Made by a program: the position numbers and the translations under genes. The notes beneath the pieces were generated by a model. That model was not told where the DNA came from and searched no databases. It was given only the letters and a program-made list of their open reading frames with translations. This document shows positions 8,868 through 22,444 of a stretch of 64,000 bases of DNA, one piece after another (within the stretch, counting starts at the first letter, position 1; the number at the start of each line of letters is the position of its first letter). Source of the DNA: an uncultured Actinomycetes bacterium (GTDB lineage: Bacteria > Actinomycetota > Thermoleophilia > UBA2241); NCBI GenBank assembly GCA_963755025.1, contig CAVWIH010000020.1:1-64000 (forward strand), in the 5' to 3' direction.

Positions 8868-11372
8868 ATGGTCCTGACGCTGGTCATTCTCGTCATCGTG
8901 GTCGCCGTGCTGTGGCTCGGCAGCCACTTCGTCATCGGCATCACGCTGATCAAAAGCGACGAGGTGGGCCTCGTCGAAAAACGCTTCTCGCACAAGGGCT
9001 CCCTCGACAAGGCGATCATCGCCCTGAACGGCGAGGCCGGCTACCAGCCCGACGTGCTGCGCGGCGGGATCCACCTGCGCAGCCGCATCCAGTACCGCAT
9101 ACACCGGGCGCCCCTGGTCACTATCCCGCAGGGTCAGATCGGCTACGTGTTCGCGCGCGACGGCCAGCCGCTGCGCCCCGAGCAGACCCTGGGCAAGGTC
9201 GTGCAGGGCAACAGCTTCGAAGACGTGCGCTTCTTCATCGAGAAGGGCGGCCAGCGCGGTCCGCAGCGGGCCATCCTGCGCGAAGGTACCTATGCCCTCA
9301 ACCTCATCCAGTTCGTCGTGCTCAGCGAGCAGCGCCTCTACTTCATGGCGCTCGACGGCAACGACCGCGACATCATCGAGCGCATGGGCGCCGCCCTCGA
9401 CAAGATCCAGGGGTTTCGGCCGGTCGTCATAGGCGGCGGTAGCAACGACCTGGTGCAGCTGTCCGACGCGCAGCGCAAGACCGACCGCTGGGCCGGCGAA
9501 GACTCGCCCGAAGGCGCCGACGAACCAAAGCGCTCCGAGTCGGAGCGCCAGGGCGACGTGGTGGGCATCGTCACCGTCCACGACGGTCCCTCGCTGCCGC
9601 AGAACGAGATCATCGCCCCGCTGGTGGGCACCGACCCCAAGTCCGAGACCTTCCACAACAACTTCCAGGACCCCGAGAAGTTCCTCGCGGCGGGCGGCCT
9701 GCGCGGCAAGCAGTACCAGGTCCTGACCGACGGCACCTACTTCGTCAACCGCCTCTTCGCCACGGTCGAGTTCGTGCCCAAGACCGTCATCGAGATCGGC
9801 TGGACCGGCGTCGTGGTGTCGTTCTTCGGCGAGAAGGGCGAAGACGCGAGCGGCGACGAGTTCCGCCACGGCGAGCTCGTCGAAGCCGGCAAGAAGGGCG
9901 TCTGGCAGGAGCCGCTGATGCCCGGCAAGTACGCCTTCAACACCTATGCCGGCCGTGTCGAGAAGGTGCCGGTCACCAACTTCGTGCTCAAGTGGATCAC
10001 CAACGAGGCCGGCCCGCACGGCTTCGACCAGAACCTGTCCGAGATCGGCCTGATCACCAAAGACGCCTTCGAGCCCACCCTGCCACTGTCGGTGGTCATC
10101 CAGATCCCTTATCGCGAGGCGCCGCTCGTCATTCAGCGCTTCGGCAACATCCAGCGGCTCGTCGAGCAGACCCTCGACCCCATGGTCGGCTCGTATTTCA
10201 AGAACGTGGGCCAGCGCATGACCCTGATCGAGCTCATCCAGCGGCGCAGCGACATTCAGGACCAGTCGACCGAGCAGATGCGCGAGAAGTTCGCGCGCTA
10301 CAACCTGCGCCTGGAAGAGGTGCTGATCGGCACGCCGCACGCCTCCGACACCGACCAGAAGATCGAGCAGATCCTCTCGCAGCTGCGCGACCGCCAGATC
10401 GCCGACGAGCAGGTCATCACCTACGACCGCCAGCAGAAGGCGGCCGAAAAAGAGAAAGACCTGAACGAGGCGCAGGCGACCGCCGCCCAGCAGACGCAGC
10501 TCACCCAGTCGGCCATTCAGATCGCCATCACCGAGAACGCCGGCAAGGCCGAGGCCGTGAAGGCCATCCAGGAGGGCCAGAAGATCACCACCCTGGCGAC
10601 CGCCGACGCCCGCAAGATCCAGGTCATCGCCGAGGCCCAGGGCGTGGCCGAGGCCAAGATCGGCCTGGGCAAGGCGATCGCCGTGAGCGAGCAGGTCAAG
10701 GCCTACGGCGGCCCCGGCTACCAGGTCGCGCAAGACGTCATGGCGCGCGTCGCCGCGGCCATCCAGGAGTCGGGCGTGCAGATCGTGCCCAGCACGGTGA
10801 TCAGCATGGGCGACGGCGACGGCCACGACGGCACGAGCGCCTTCTCCAACCTCCTGGGTCTGCTCATGACCCTGACAACCAGCGAGAAGCTGGGCGTCGA
10901 CTTCAGCGCTCACGAGGAGAGCCCCGAGCGGCAGGCCGCCATCGACGCCATCAAGGACCAGCTCCTCGAGAAGCTGGCCGCCGACCCGGTATCCCCGCCG
11001 GCCGTGGTCGCCGCTCCCATCGACGACGCGGCCGCCGCGCTCAAGGCCGCCCTCGACGCATCGACGGCGGCCACCGCCGACGCCGGGTCGCCGACTGGCG
11101 AGGCGGCCGCGCCCGCTACGGCCAGCGTCACCGCGCCGGTCGCCACCGGCGCCGTCACGAGCGCCGCGGGCGCGGCGCTCGACGTGACGATCGCGGCCGC
11201 CACCCAGGCGCAGCCCGCTGCGGTCGACGAGGTCAAGTCCTCGACGACCGGCGGCGACCAGCCTCACGGCGACGGCGTCGACCGCTGGCTGGCCCAGAAC
11301 CAGGCGGCCATGCCCGGCGCCCCCAAAGCCAAAAAGCGCCCGCGCAAGCCGGCGGGGCCGGCAGGCGACTAG
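8868..11372 (+). CDS. Large SPFH/flotillin-like membrane protein with repeated N-terminal subdomains and Ala-rich tail
   Basis: N-terminal TM, four G.xG.Q..L..G.Y-type repeats, SPFH core (LITKDAFEP, RFGNIQRLVEQTLDP), Ala/Glu/Gln coiled coil. Confidence 0.85.
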   Translation: MVLTLVILVIVVAVLWLGSHFVIGITLIKSDEVGLVEKRFSHKGSLDKAIIALNGEAGYQPDVLRGGIHLRSRIQYRIHRAPLVTIPQGQIGYVFARDGQPLRPEQTLGKVVQGNSFEDVRFFIEKGGQRGPQRAILREGTYALNLIQFVVLSEQRLYFMALDGNDRDIIERMGAALDKIQGFRPVVIGGGSNDLVQLSDAQRKTDRWAGEDSPEGADEPKRSESERQGDVVGIVTVHDGPSLPQNEIIAPLVGTDPKSETFHNNFQDPEKFLAAGGLRGKQYQVLTDGTYFVNRLFATVEFVPKTVIEIGWTGVVVSFFGEKGEDASGDEFRHGELVEAGKKGVWQEPLMPGKYAFNTYAGRVEKVPVTNFVLKWITNEAGPHGFDQNLSEIGLITKDAFEPTLPLSVVIQIPYREAPLVIQRFGNIQRLVEQTLDPMVGSYFKNVGQRMTLIELIQRRSDIQDQSTEQMREKFARYNLRLEEVLIGTPHASDTDQKIEQILSQLRDRQIADEQVITYDRQQKAAEKEKDLNEAQATAAQQTQLTQSAIQIAITENAGKAEAVKAIQEGQKITTLATADARKIQVIAEAQGVAEAKIGLGKAIAVSEQVKAYGGPGYQVAQDVMARVAAAIQESGVQIVPSTVISMGDGDGHDGTSAFSNLLGLLMTLTTSEKLGVDFSAHEESPERQAAIDAIKDQLLEKLAADPVSPPAVVAAPIDDAAAALKAALDASTAATADAGSPTGEAAAPATASVTAPVATGAVTSAAGAALDVTIAAATQAQPAAVDEVKSSTTGGDQPHGDGVDRWLAQNQAAMPGAPKAKKRPRKPAGPAGD

Positions 11373-11443
11373 GCTCGACGCGCACCGGCGCCGGCGGGCG
11401 ACCGGGGCCGGCGGGCACCGGCGCCCAGGATCAGCCGGCGCCC

Positions 11444-11527
11444 AGCATCGGCAGGCGCCTAGCATCGGCAGGCGCCTAGCATCGGCAGGTGCCAGCATCG
11501 GCAGGCGCCCAGCATCGGCCGGCGCCG
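11444..11527. repeat. Intergenic tandem repeat, 17-bp unit AGCATCGGCAGGCGCCT x5
   Basis: Directly visible, no spacers. Confidence 0.9.
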
Positions 11528-11626
11528 GACCTCTACGGGTGCGTCGTCCCGCTGGTCGGGTACAATCGACTCCGCCATCGACTGACCCCGGCGCCGGGCG
11601 CGCCGGGGCTTTCGGCGTGTGCGGCC

Positions 11627-14600
11627 ATGTTTCTCGACTACCTGACAAGCGATGAGCGGTTCGCCAAGGCTGCCGGCGCGTTGCGCCGGGGCTCATCGCT
11701 GTACGCCCCGAGCTTCTACGCGCCCTACGTGCTGGCCGGCCTCATCCGCGCGGTCGAAGCCCCCGGCTGGCTCGTGATCGTGCCCGACGCCGAGCAGGCG
11801 GCGCGCCTGGCCGCCGAGCTTTCCGCCTACCTCGAGCGCGACGTCGAGACGCTGCCGGCGCGCGGCGTGCTCTACGGCGCCGACGTGGCGCCGGCGGCGC
11901 ATGTGCTCGGTCAGCGCCAGCGGGCGCTCGCCGCGCTCGAGCGCGACGGCGGCGTGGTCGTCGCCGACGCCGTCGCGGCCCTCGAGCGCTTCATCCCGCT
12001 CGCCCTGCAGCCGGCGCCGCTCGCTCTGGTCAAGGGCGCCGAGGCGCCCTACGACGAGGTGCTCGCCGCGATCGCCAGCCTGGGTTACGAGCGCGCCGAG
12101 CAGGTGCGCGAGCGCGGCGAGTTCGCCGTACGGGGCGGCATCGTCGACGTCTACCCGTCGACCGGCGACCCCGTGCGCGTCGAGTTCTGGGGCGACACGG
12201 TCGAGTCGCTGCGCCGCTTCTCGGTGTTCTCGCAGCGCGCCGTCGCCGAGGTCGAGCAGTGCCTCGTGACCACGGCCACCGAGGTCGACCCGACCGGCGA
12301 CGACGTGCAGACCGCCGTGTCGCAGGAGCTCGCCTCGTGGGAGCTCGCCGGTCGCGACGAGGCTCCCGACGACGCCTACCGGCGCGCCGAGACGCGCGCC
12401 CTGGCGCGCCTCTCGGCGCGCTTCATCGACCTCGCCGGCATCAGCGAGCGGCGCGCGTTGCGCCTGGCCACGGTCGGCCCCGACGACGTGGTGCGCTCGC
12501 TGGCCGGCTTCGACTCGGAACTGTCGGTGGCCCTGCCCGGCGAGCTGCGCGAAGACTTCTACCTGCCCCTGCTCGAGGTGCGCCGCCTGCTGTCCGACGC
12601 GGTGTCGGTCGAGCTCGTGCAGCGCGAGCAGCGCGTGCCAGTTCCACGCCGCCCGGCCGCAGGCGGCCGGGCGCGACATCTCGGCCGCCGAGCGCGACCT
12701 GCGCCGCCTGGCCGACGACGGCTACCGCGTGTTCGTCACGTTCCGCCACCCCGGCGAGGCCACGCGGGCCGGCTACCGCATGAAGACCCTGGTCGTCACG
12801 CAGCTCGAAGCCGAGAAGCTGCGCGAGGACGGCCCCGCCCCGGCGGTCGGCCTCGGCCTGCCCGCCGGCGTCTACTTCGTGGCGGCCGCGCTGCGCGAGG
12901 GCTTCATCTCGAGCGAGCTCAAGCTCGCCGTCATCGGCGAGCACAGCCTGCTGCGGGCCGCGCCGTCGGGGCCGCGCTTTGGCGGCGGCGCCCGCCTCAC
13001 CTCGTTCTTCGACCTCAAACCCGGCGACTTCGTCGTGCACGAAGACCACGGCATCGCCCTGTTCTCGGGCATCGAGACGCGCACCGTGGCCGGGGTCACC
13101 CGCGACTACCTCTTCCTGGCCTTCAAAGAAGAGGACAAGCTCTTCGTGCCCCACGACCAGATCGGCAAGGTCACGCGCTACATCGGCGCCAGCGGCTCGG
13201 CGCCGCCGCTCAACCGCCTCGGAGGCACGGCCTGGCTGGCCGTCAAGACGCGGGCCCGCAAGGCGGTCGCCGAGATGGCCGGCGAGCTGCTCACCCTGTA
13301 CGCCGCGCGCCAGGCGGTGCCCGGCCACGCCTTCTCGCCCGACGGCGAGCTCACGCGCCGCCTCGAGGACAACTTCGAGTTCGAGGAGACCGACGACCAG
13401 GCCGAGGCCATCGACGACGTGAAGAACGACATGGAGGCCGCCCACCCCATGGACCGCCTCATCTGCGGCGACGTGGGCTACGGCAAGACCGAGGTCGCCC
13501 TGCGCGCCGCCCTGAAGGCCGCCGAGGGCGGCAAGCAGACGCTCATGCTGGTGCCCACCACCATCCTCGCCGAGCAGCACTACCTGACCTTCAGCGAGCG
13601 TTTTCGCGAGCTGCCGGTGGGCGTCGACATGGTCTCGCGCTTTCGCACCGCCGCCGAGCAGCGGCGCATCCTCGCCGAGTTCAACAAGGGCAAGGTCGAC
13701 GTGCTGATCGGCACGCACCGCCTGCTGTCGCGCGACGTCGCGCCGCGCGACCTGGGCCTCGTGATCGTCGACGAGGAGCAGCGCTTCGGCGTGCGCCAGA
13801 AGGAGCTCCTGCGCCAGCTCAAGATGCAGGTCGACGTCGTCAGCCTGTCGGCCACGCCCATCCCGCGCACCCTGCAGATGAGCCTCACCGGCATTCGCGA
13901 CATCTCGGTCATCGAGACGCCGCCGCGCGGCCGCCACGAGGTGCGCACCTACATCGGCGAGTTCCGCGACGACCTCGTGCGCACCGCGATCGAGAAGGAG
14001 CTGGCCCGCGACGGCCAGGTGTTCTACCTGCACAACCGGGTCGAGACCATCGACCAGGCGGCCGAGCAGGTGCGCGACCTGGTGCCGGCGGCGCGCATAG
14101 CGGTCGGCCACGGCCAGATGCACGAGCGCGAGCTCGAGAAGGTCATGCTGCGCTTTCTCTCGGGCGAGGCCAACGTGCTGGTCTCGACGTCGATCATCGA
14201 GAGCGGCATCGACGTGCCCACCGCCAACACGCTGATCGTGGAGCGCGCCGACATGCTGGGGCTCGCCCAGCTCTACCAGATCCGCGGCCGCATAGGGCGC
14301 AGCGACCAGTACGCCTACGCCTATCTGCTCTATCCGAGCGAGGAGTACCTGACCGCCGACGCCGCCGCCCGCCTGCGCACGCTGTCCGACTACACCGAGC
14401 TGGGCTCGGGCTTCAAGATCGCCATGCGCGACCTCGAGATCCGCGGCGCCGGCAACCTGCTCGGCGACGAGCAGTCCGGCCAGGTCGCGGCCATCGGCTT
14501 CGAGATGTACGCCCAGCTCCTCGAGGAGGCCGTCGCCGAGCAGCGCGGCGAGCCGCCGGCCAGCCTGCCGCTGGTGCGTCTCGAGATCCCGGTGACCGCC

Positions 14601-15005
14601 TACGTGCCGCCCGACTACATCGCCTACGAGGCCACCAAGATCGACGCCCACCGGCGCATCGCGCAGTCGCACGACCCGCGCGCCCTGGACGAGGTCAGGG
14701 CCGAGCTCACCGACCGCTTCGGCGCGCCGCCCGAGCCCGTCGAGAACCTGCTGCAGCTGCAGTCGATCCGGCTGAAGGCGGCGGCGCTGCGCGCCGCCGC
14801 CGTCGTTTACCGCGGCGGGCGCCTGCAGGTCGAGGGCCTCGACCTGGACGACGCCTGGGCGGCGGCGCTGCGCGCGGCGAGCGACGAATACCTCTATTTC
14901 AAGCAGAAACGCATGCTCACGGCGCTCAAGCGCAGCGAAGCTGAGCCGATACTCACCTGGGTGGGTTCGACCCTCGATGCTATAATCAGGACTCACGACA
15001 GCTGA
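11627..15005 (+). CDS. mfd: Transcription-repair coupling factor; frame break near 12630-12660
   Basis: GEFAVRGGIVDVYP, VVHEDHGI, DRLICGDVGYGKTEVA, VDEEQRFGV, SATPIPRTL, QIRGRIGR, TRCF domain. Confidence 0.95.
14978..14986 (+). promoter_or_regulatory. Consensus extended -10 (TGcTATAAT) inside the mfd 3' end, for the prsA-like gene
   Basis: Exact TGnTATAAT about 48 nt upstream of ATG 15034. Confidence 0.65.
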
Positions 15006-15033
15006 TCCGCTAAACTTCCGAAAGAGGCCGTTT

Positions 15034-16044
15034 ATGAAGAAACTCGCCTTGGTCGCGCTCGCGCTCTTCCTGGGTCTTGCTGTCCTCGTCGCTGCCGGTT
15101 GCGGCGGCAAGGTCCCGCAGGGCGCCATCGCCACGGTCGGCGGCGTGCCGATCACCCAGGCGCAGTTCGACCAGTACATCAATCAGGCCAAAGCGAGCGC
15201 CGGACAGAGCGGCCAGCCGGCGTTCCCCAGCCCCGGCACCACCACCTACAACCGTTACGCCGCCGAGATCGTCAACTACCTCGTCCAGCAGCAGGTCGTC
15301 CTGAACGCGGCCGATAAAGACAAGATCAGCGTCACCGACGCGCAGGTGCAGACGCAGCTCGCCCAGATCGCCACCCAGTACGGCGGCACGCAAAAGATGT
15401 ACGCCGCCGCCCAGAAGGCCGGCATGGACCAGGCGCAGCTCAAGACCTACGTCAAAGACTCGCTGATCGGCCAGAAGCTCTACCAGAAGATCATCGGCAC
15501 CTCTACGCCGACCGAGGCGCAGATGCAGGCTTACTACAAGGCCAACAAGTCGACCTTCGACCAGGCCGCCACGCGCACGGTGCGCCACGTCCTGGTCAAG
15601 ACCAAGGCCGAGGCCCTGAAGGTGCAGGCCCTGCTCACCGCCAACAACACCAACGCCAACTGGGCCGAGGTCGCCAAGAAGTACTCGACCGACACCGGCA
15701 CCAAGAACAGCGGCGGCAGCCTCGGCGCCATCAAGCGTGGCCAGATGGTCAAGCCCTTCGAAGACGCCGCCTTCTCGCTCAAGATCAACACGGTCTCGGC
15801 GCCGGTCCACTCGCAGTACGGCTGGCACGTGATCGAGGTCACCAAGATCACGCCGGCCAAGGCGTCCACCTACGCGGGCTCCAAGGCCGCCATCAAGAGC
15901 ACGCTCACCAGCCAGATGCAGCAGAAGGCCTGGTCCACGTGGCTGGCCAAGGCCCAGAAGGCCGCCAAGATCTACTACGCGGCGGGCTTCAACCCCGACA
16001 CGCTGACCGCATCTCCGGCCCCGTCGCCGTCGTCAAGCAAGTAA
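15034..16044 (+). CDS. PrsA/SurA-like parvulin peptidyl-prolyl isomerase lipoprotein
   Basis: Lipobox VAAG-C, RHVLV, AKKYSTD...GGSLG, MVKPFEDAAF, SQYGWHVI. Confidence 0.9.
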   Translation: MKKLALVALALFLGLAVLVAAGCGGKVPQGAIATVGGVPITQAQFDQYINQAKASAGQSGQPAFPSPGTTTYNRYAAEIVNYLVQQQVVLNAADKDKISVTDAQVQTQLAQIATQYGGTQKMYAAAQKAGMDQAQLKTYVKDSLIGQKLYQKIIGTSTPTEAQMQAYYKANKSTFDQAATRTVRHVLVKTKAEALKVQALLTANNTNANWAEVAKKYSTDTGTKNSGGSLGAIKRGQMVKPFEDAAFSLKINTVSAPVHSQYGWHVIEVTKITPAKASTYAGSKAAIKSTLTSQMQQKAWSTWLAKAQKAAKIYYAAGFNPDTLTASPAPSPSSSK

Positions 16045-16081
16045 GGGCGCCGCAGCGCGCCGTGCCGACCCGGCAACAGGC

Positions 16082-18532
<2,451 letters not shown>

Positions 18533-18670
18533 GCGTCCGAAACGAGCTCGTCGCTGCCGCTCGGGCAGGCGTGACTTCGTCGCGCCCGGGCGGCCGAGAG
18601 CCCGCGGCGCGCCACGTTCGCCAACGTCGGCGGGGCAGGGAAAGCGCAGGCGCGGGCGAACTCAAGCGGT

Positions 18671-19175
18671 ATGGCTTCACGTAGCAGCCGCATCGTCGCG
18701 CCGCGCGACCCGCGAGGGTCGCGCGGCGCACGCCACTTCACACCGCAAGCCGCCGGGCGCGGGCGACCAGGTCGCCCGCGCCCGGCGGCGCCGCGGCTCA
18801 CCGGTCGAGCTGCGCCCGCTGCGGCTCGCCGCGCTCGCCCTGCTGCTCGTCGCCGCGGCGTTCTACGTCTCGCCGCTGCGCGCCTTCTTTGCCCAGCAGG
18901 ACCGCTACGACCGCCAGGTCACCGCCTTGCATCAGGCCCAGGCGACCAACAAGGCGCTGCACACCCAGCTCGGCCTCATGCGCACCCGCGACTACATCAC
19001 CCGCCAGGCCCGCGAGCAGTATCAGCTCGTGCCCGCCGGCCTGCAGGCCTTCGTGGTCAAGGGCCTGCCCAAGGCCAAGACCACGAGCAGCGCCGCGCGG
19101 CGCGCCGCCGCGGCTTCGGCGGCGCCCTCGCTGCTTGCCCGCCTGAGCGACCTCTGGCACACCCTTCGCGAATGA
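18671..19175 (+). CDS. Septum formation initiator FtsB/DivIC; frame break near 18805
   Basis: Basic N-terminus, TM, coiled coil, DYITRQAREQYQLVPAG; eno-divIC-DUF501-ppx synteny. Confidence 0.75.
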
Positions 19176-19742
19176 CGCGTGCGTCGGCCCGCCCGCCGGC
19201 GCCCCGCGACCTCGCCTGCGTCGCGCTCCAGCTCGGTCGTGAGCCCCGGCCGCTGCGCCGCGTGGCGGCGCGCTGCCCCTGGGGCGCGCCCGCCGTGGTC
19301 GAGAACCTGCCCTACGACGCCGGCGGCCGGCCGTTCCCGACCCTCTTCTGGGCGACCTGCCCGGCGCTGGTGGCCGCCGTCGGCGTGCTCGAGAGCGCCG
19401 GCGGTGTGGGGCGCTTCGAGGCGCTGGCCGCCGCCGACGAGGAGCTCGCACCAGTCGCTGCTCGCGGCCACCGCCTACGAGCGCCGCCGCCGGCGCTCCC
19501 TGGCGGCGCGGTGCGCCGCGCCCCAGCGTGACGGCGGCGCCTCGCTCGCCACCGGGATCGGCGGCGTCGCCCGGCCTGCGTCGCTCAAGTGCCTGCACGC
19601 CCACGCCGCGCACGCGCTGGCGCGCCCCGGCTACCTGCTCGGCGAGCGCATCCTCACGGCAGCGGCGCCGCTCTACCCGGCGCGGGCCTGCTGCATGGGT
19701 GAGGCGTGCAAGGCCGCCGGCGATCCGTTGCGAGCGCGGTGA
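19172..19742 (+). CDS. DUF501 family protein; frame break near 19450
   Basis: QLGREPR, RCPWGAP, PFPTLFWATCP, GIGG, KCLHAHAAHALA. Confidence 0.85.
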
Positions 19743-19806
19743 GCACGGCGAGTGCCGTGAGCCCCGCGGTGTACGGCCGCCGCGAGAACAGGGGAGTGGG
19801 GAGGCC

Positions 19807-20813
19807 GTGAAGGTCGCGGTGGTCGATCTGGGCACCAACTCGGCGCGGCTGCTGCTCGCCGCGGTCGAGCAGGGGGTCGTGCGCGACGTCGCTCGCGCTG
19901 ACGACGGTGACCCGCCTGGGCGCCGGCGTCGACCGGCAGCGGCGCATCGACCCCGACGCCGCGGCGCGCACGCGAGGCTGCCTGGCGGGCTACGCTGCGC
20001 AGGGTGGCGGCCTACGCCCCCGACGCGCGGCTGCTGGTGGCGACCAGCGTCTTGCGCGACGCCGCCGACGGCCGCGCCTTTCTCGACGGCCTCACGGAAC
20101 GAGTTCGACCTGCCCTGGCGACCATCTTCAGCGGCGAAGCAAGAGGCGGCGCTGTCGTTCGCCGGAGCGGTGAGCGCGGCGGGGGCCTCGACCGACCGCG
20201 TGGGTCACGAGTGCCCGGCCGCGGGACGTCGCCGGCCCTCGCAGGCGGGCCGCCGCCAGGACGCCCGGCCGTCGCCGTCATCGACATCGGCGGCGGCAGC
20301 CTCGAGCTGGCGGTCGGCGCGCCGCCGGCGCCCGCGCCGTCTTTCGTCTGCAGCCTCGACATAGGCGTGGTGCGGCTGACCGAGCGTTTCTTTGCTGTCG
20401 GACCCGCCCGACGAAGGCGCAGTGGCGCGCCGCCGAGGCCTTCGTGCGCGTCGGCGCTGGCTGCCGCCGTCCCGCGGCGACGTGCGCGCCGCGGTGGGGC
20501 AGGGGATCGGCCTGGCCGGCACGTTCACGACCCTGGTGGCTCACAAGCTCGCGCCTGCGCACCTACGACCGGGCGCTGGTCCACGGCCACGAGCTGACGC
20601 TCGCCGACCTCGACGCTGCGATGCGCGACGTTCCGGCAGTCTGCCGAGCGCGGCGCGCGGCCGGCTGGCCGGCATCCAGCCCGGCAGGGAGGACGTGATC
20701 CTCGCCGGCGTGCTGCTGGCGCGCGAGGTGTGCCGCCTGTTCGACCTGCACGGCGTACGGTGAGCGAGGCCGACCTGCTCGACGGCGTCGCCCTGTGGCT
20801 CGCCGGCGGCTGA
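19807..20813 (+). CDS. ppx: Ppx/GppA exopolyphosphatase; several frame breaks
   Basis: VDLGTNSARLL, TRLGAGVD, ATSVLRDA, DIGGGSLE, GVVRLTER, GLAGTFTTL, GREDVILAG, VSEADLLDG spread across frames. Confidence 0.85.
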
Positions 20814-20901
20814 GGCGGCCGCGCCGGGACCTGCACGATCCCTTCGCTGGCGCGCTCCGAGCTTCGCACGTATGATGCCGACCATGGGCGGAAGGCACCC
20901 G

Positions 20902-20987
20902 GCCGGAGTGGCGGAACGGTAGACGCCGGCGACTTAAAATCGCCCGGGCCAGCGCCCGTGTGGGTTCGACTCCCACCTCCGGCACCA
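20902..20987 (+). tRNA. tRNA-Leu (anticodon TAA)
   Basis: GCCGGAG/CTCCGGC acceptor, GGCGA-CTTAAAA-TCGCC anticodon arm, long variable arm, GGTTCGACTCC, 3' CCA; TATGAT -10 at 20871. Confidence 0.96.
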
Positions 20988-21070
20988 GTCTTTGTCGGTT
21001 CGCGGCCGTCGGCCGGCAGGCGGCTGTCGGCGGTCCCTCCGCCGCCACTGCCGACCGTTCTCGAGCGCCC

Positions 21071-21880
21071 ATGATCACACTGGTCATCCTCGTACTCGTC
21101 GCCGTAGCCGCCGGCATGCTGGGCGCCATGCTCGGCGTGGGCGGCGGCATCGTCATCGTGCCGGTCCTCACCCTGTTTCTCAACGTGCCGGTGAAGAGCG
21201 CCATCGGCACCAGCCTGGTCTGCGTGGTCGTCACCTCGTCGGCCTCGCAGATCGTCTACGTGGCGCGCGGCTTCACCAACAGCCGCCTGGGCATGACCCT
21301 CGAAGTGGCGACCACGCTGGGCGCCCTGGCGGGCGGCGTCACCGCCATCCTGGTGAGCGGCCGGGCGATCTACGCGGTGTTTGCCGCCGTCCTCGTCTAC
21401 GTGTTGATCAGCATGGAGCGCAAGCCGCCGCTGCCGCTGCCGGTCGACCCGCGCTCGGCGCTGGGCGGCTCGTTCGTCGAGCCCGACACCGGCCAGGAGG
21501 TCGCCTATGGGGTCGACCACCTTCCCGGCGGGCTCGCGCTGAGCTTCGTGGCGGGCAACGTCTCGGGGCTGCTCGGCGTGGGCGGGGGCGCCATCAAGGT
21601 GCCGGTCATGACGCTGCTCATGCGCGTGCCGCTGCGCGCTGCCATCGCCACGAGCAACCTCATGATCGGCGTCACGGCGGCCACGGGGGCGCTCATCTTC
21701 TTCGGCCGCGGCCTGGTCGAGCCGCGCTACGCCGTGCCGGCGGCGCTCGGCATCCTGGTCGGCGCGCAGCTTGGCACTCGCATCGCCAGCCGCGTGAGCG
21801 CCGCGCTGCTGCGCCGCGTGTTCGAGGTGCTGCTCGCCGTGTTCGCGGTGCAGATGGCGCTCAAGGCGTTCGGCATCTGA
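21071..21880 (+). CDS. Sulfite exporter TauE/SafE (TSUP) family protein
   Basis: Duplicated G.LGVGGG motifs, AIGTSL, AIATS, about 8 TM helices. Confidence 0.9.
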   Translation: MITLVILVLVAVAAGMLGAMLGVGGGIVIVPVLTLFLNVPVKSAIGTSLVCVVVTSSASQIVYVARGFTNSRLGMTLEVATTLGALAGGVTAILVSGRAIYAVFAAVLVYVLISMERKPPLPLPVDPRSALGGSFVEPDTGQEVAYGVDHLPGGLALSFVAGNVSGLLGVGGGAIKVPVMTLLMRVPLRAAIATSNLMIGVTAATGALIFFGRGLVEPRYAVPAALGILVGAQLGTRIASRVSAALLRRVFEVLLAVFAVQMALKAFGI

Positions 21881-22314
21881 TGGCCGGCGACAGGCACGAC
21901 GGCGGGCCCTGGGATGATGGGGCCGACGCGCGCGATGAGGGCGGCGGCCCCGGCGACGGCGGGGGAGAGGCACGACGGCGCGCCGCCGACATCGACACGG
22001 TCGTGCACCACACGCTGGTCGCCGGTGTCGCGCTCGGCCTGGCGCTGCTGCTAGTCGGCCTGGCGCTGTCGGCGGCCGGTCGTGGCGGCCTCGCGGTGCA
22101 CAGCCTCAGGGCGCCGGCCGCCTGGCGCGCGGCCCTGCACCTGCGCGCCGCCGGCTTCTACTCGCTCGGCCTGCTCGCGCTCATCCTCACCCCGTTCATT
22201 CGCGTGGCCGGCTCGATCGTCGCCTTCGCCGTGGCGCGCGACTGGCGCTTTGTGGCGGTCACGACGGCGGTGCTGGCCGTGATGGTGGCCAGCATCGTCG
22301 TGGGCGCGGCTTGA
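21880..22314 (+). CDS. DUF1634 family membrane protein
   Basis: LGLLALILTPFIRV; overlaps TauE stop (TGATG); known gene pairing. Confidence 0.8.
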   Translation: MAGDRHDGGPWDDGADARDEGGGPGDGGGEARRRAADIDTVVHHTLVAGVALGLALLLVGLALSAAGRGGLAVHSLRAPAAWRAALHLRAAGFYSLGLLALILTPFIRVAGSIVAFAVARDWRFVAVTTAVLAVMVASIVVGAA

Positions 22315-22444
22315 CCTGACGGCCCGCCCGCCCGCCCGCTCAGCGCGGTCGAGCACCGCGGCGCGCACGCACAGCAGGCGGCCCGCCCGCCGGCACGCCG
22401 CCCGGGGAGCCCGGGCCGTCGGCCTGCGATATGCTGACAGCAGC

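Noticed and set aside
11444-11527. Tandem repeats here and at 35127, 41823 and 57193 as CRISPR arrays
   Set aside because: Units are contiguous with no unique spacers, and no cas genes are present.
8811-11696. Long antisense or alternate-frame ORFs (e.g. 8811-11696 -, 12441-15182 -, 47931-51281 +, 29-2356 +)
   Set aside because: Shadow ORFs expected at this GC content; they overlap well-supported genes and have no motifs, apart from segments explained by frame breaks.
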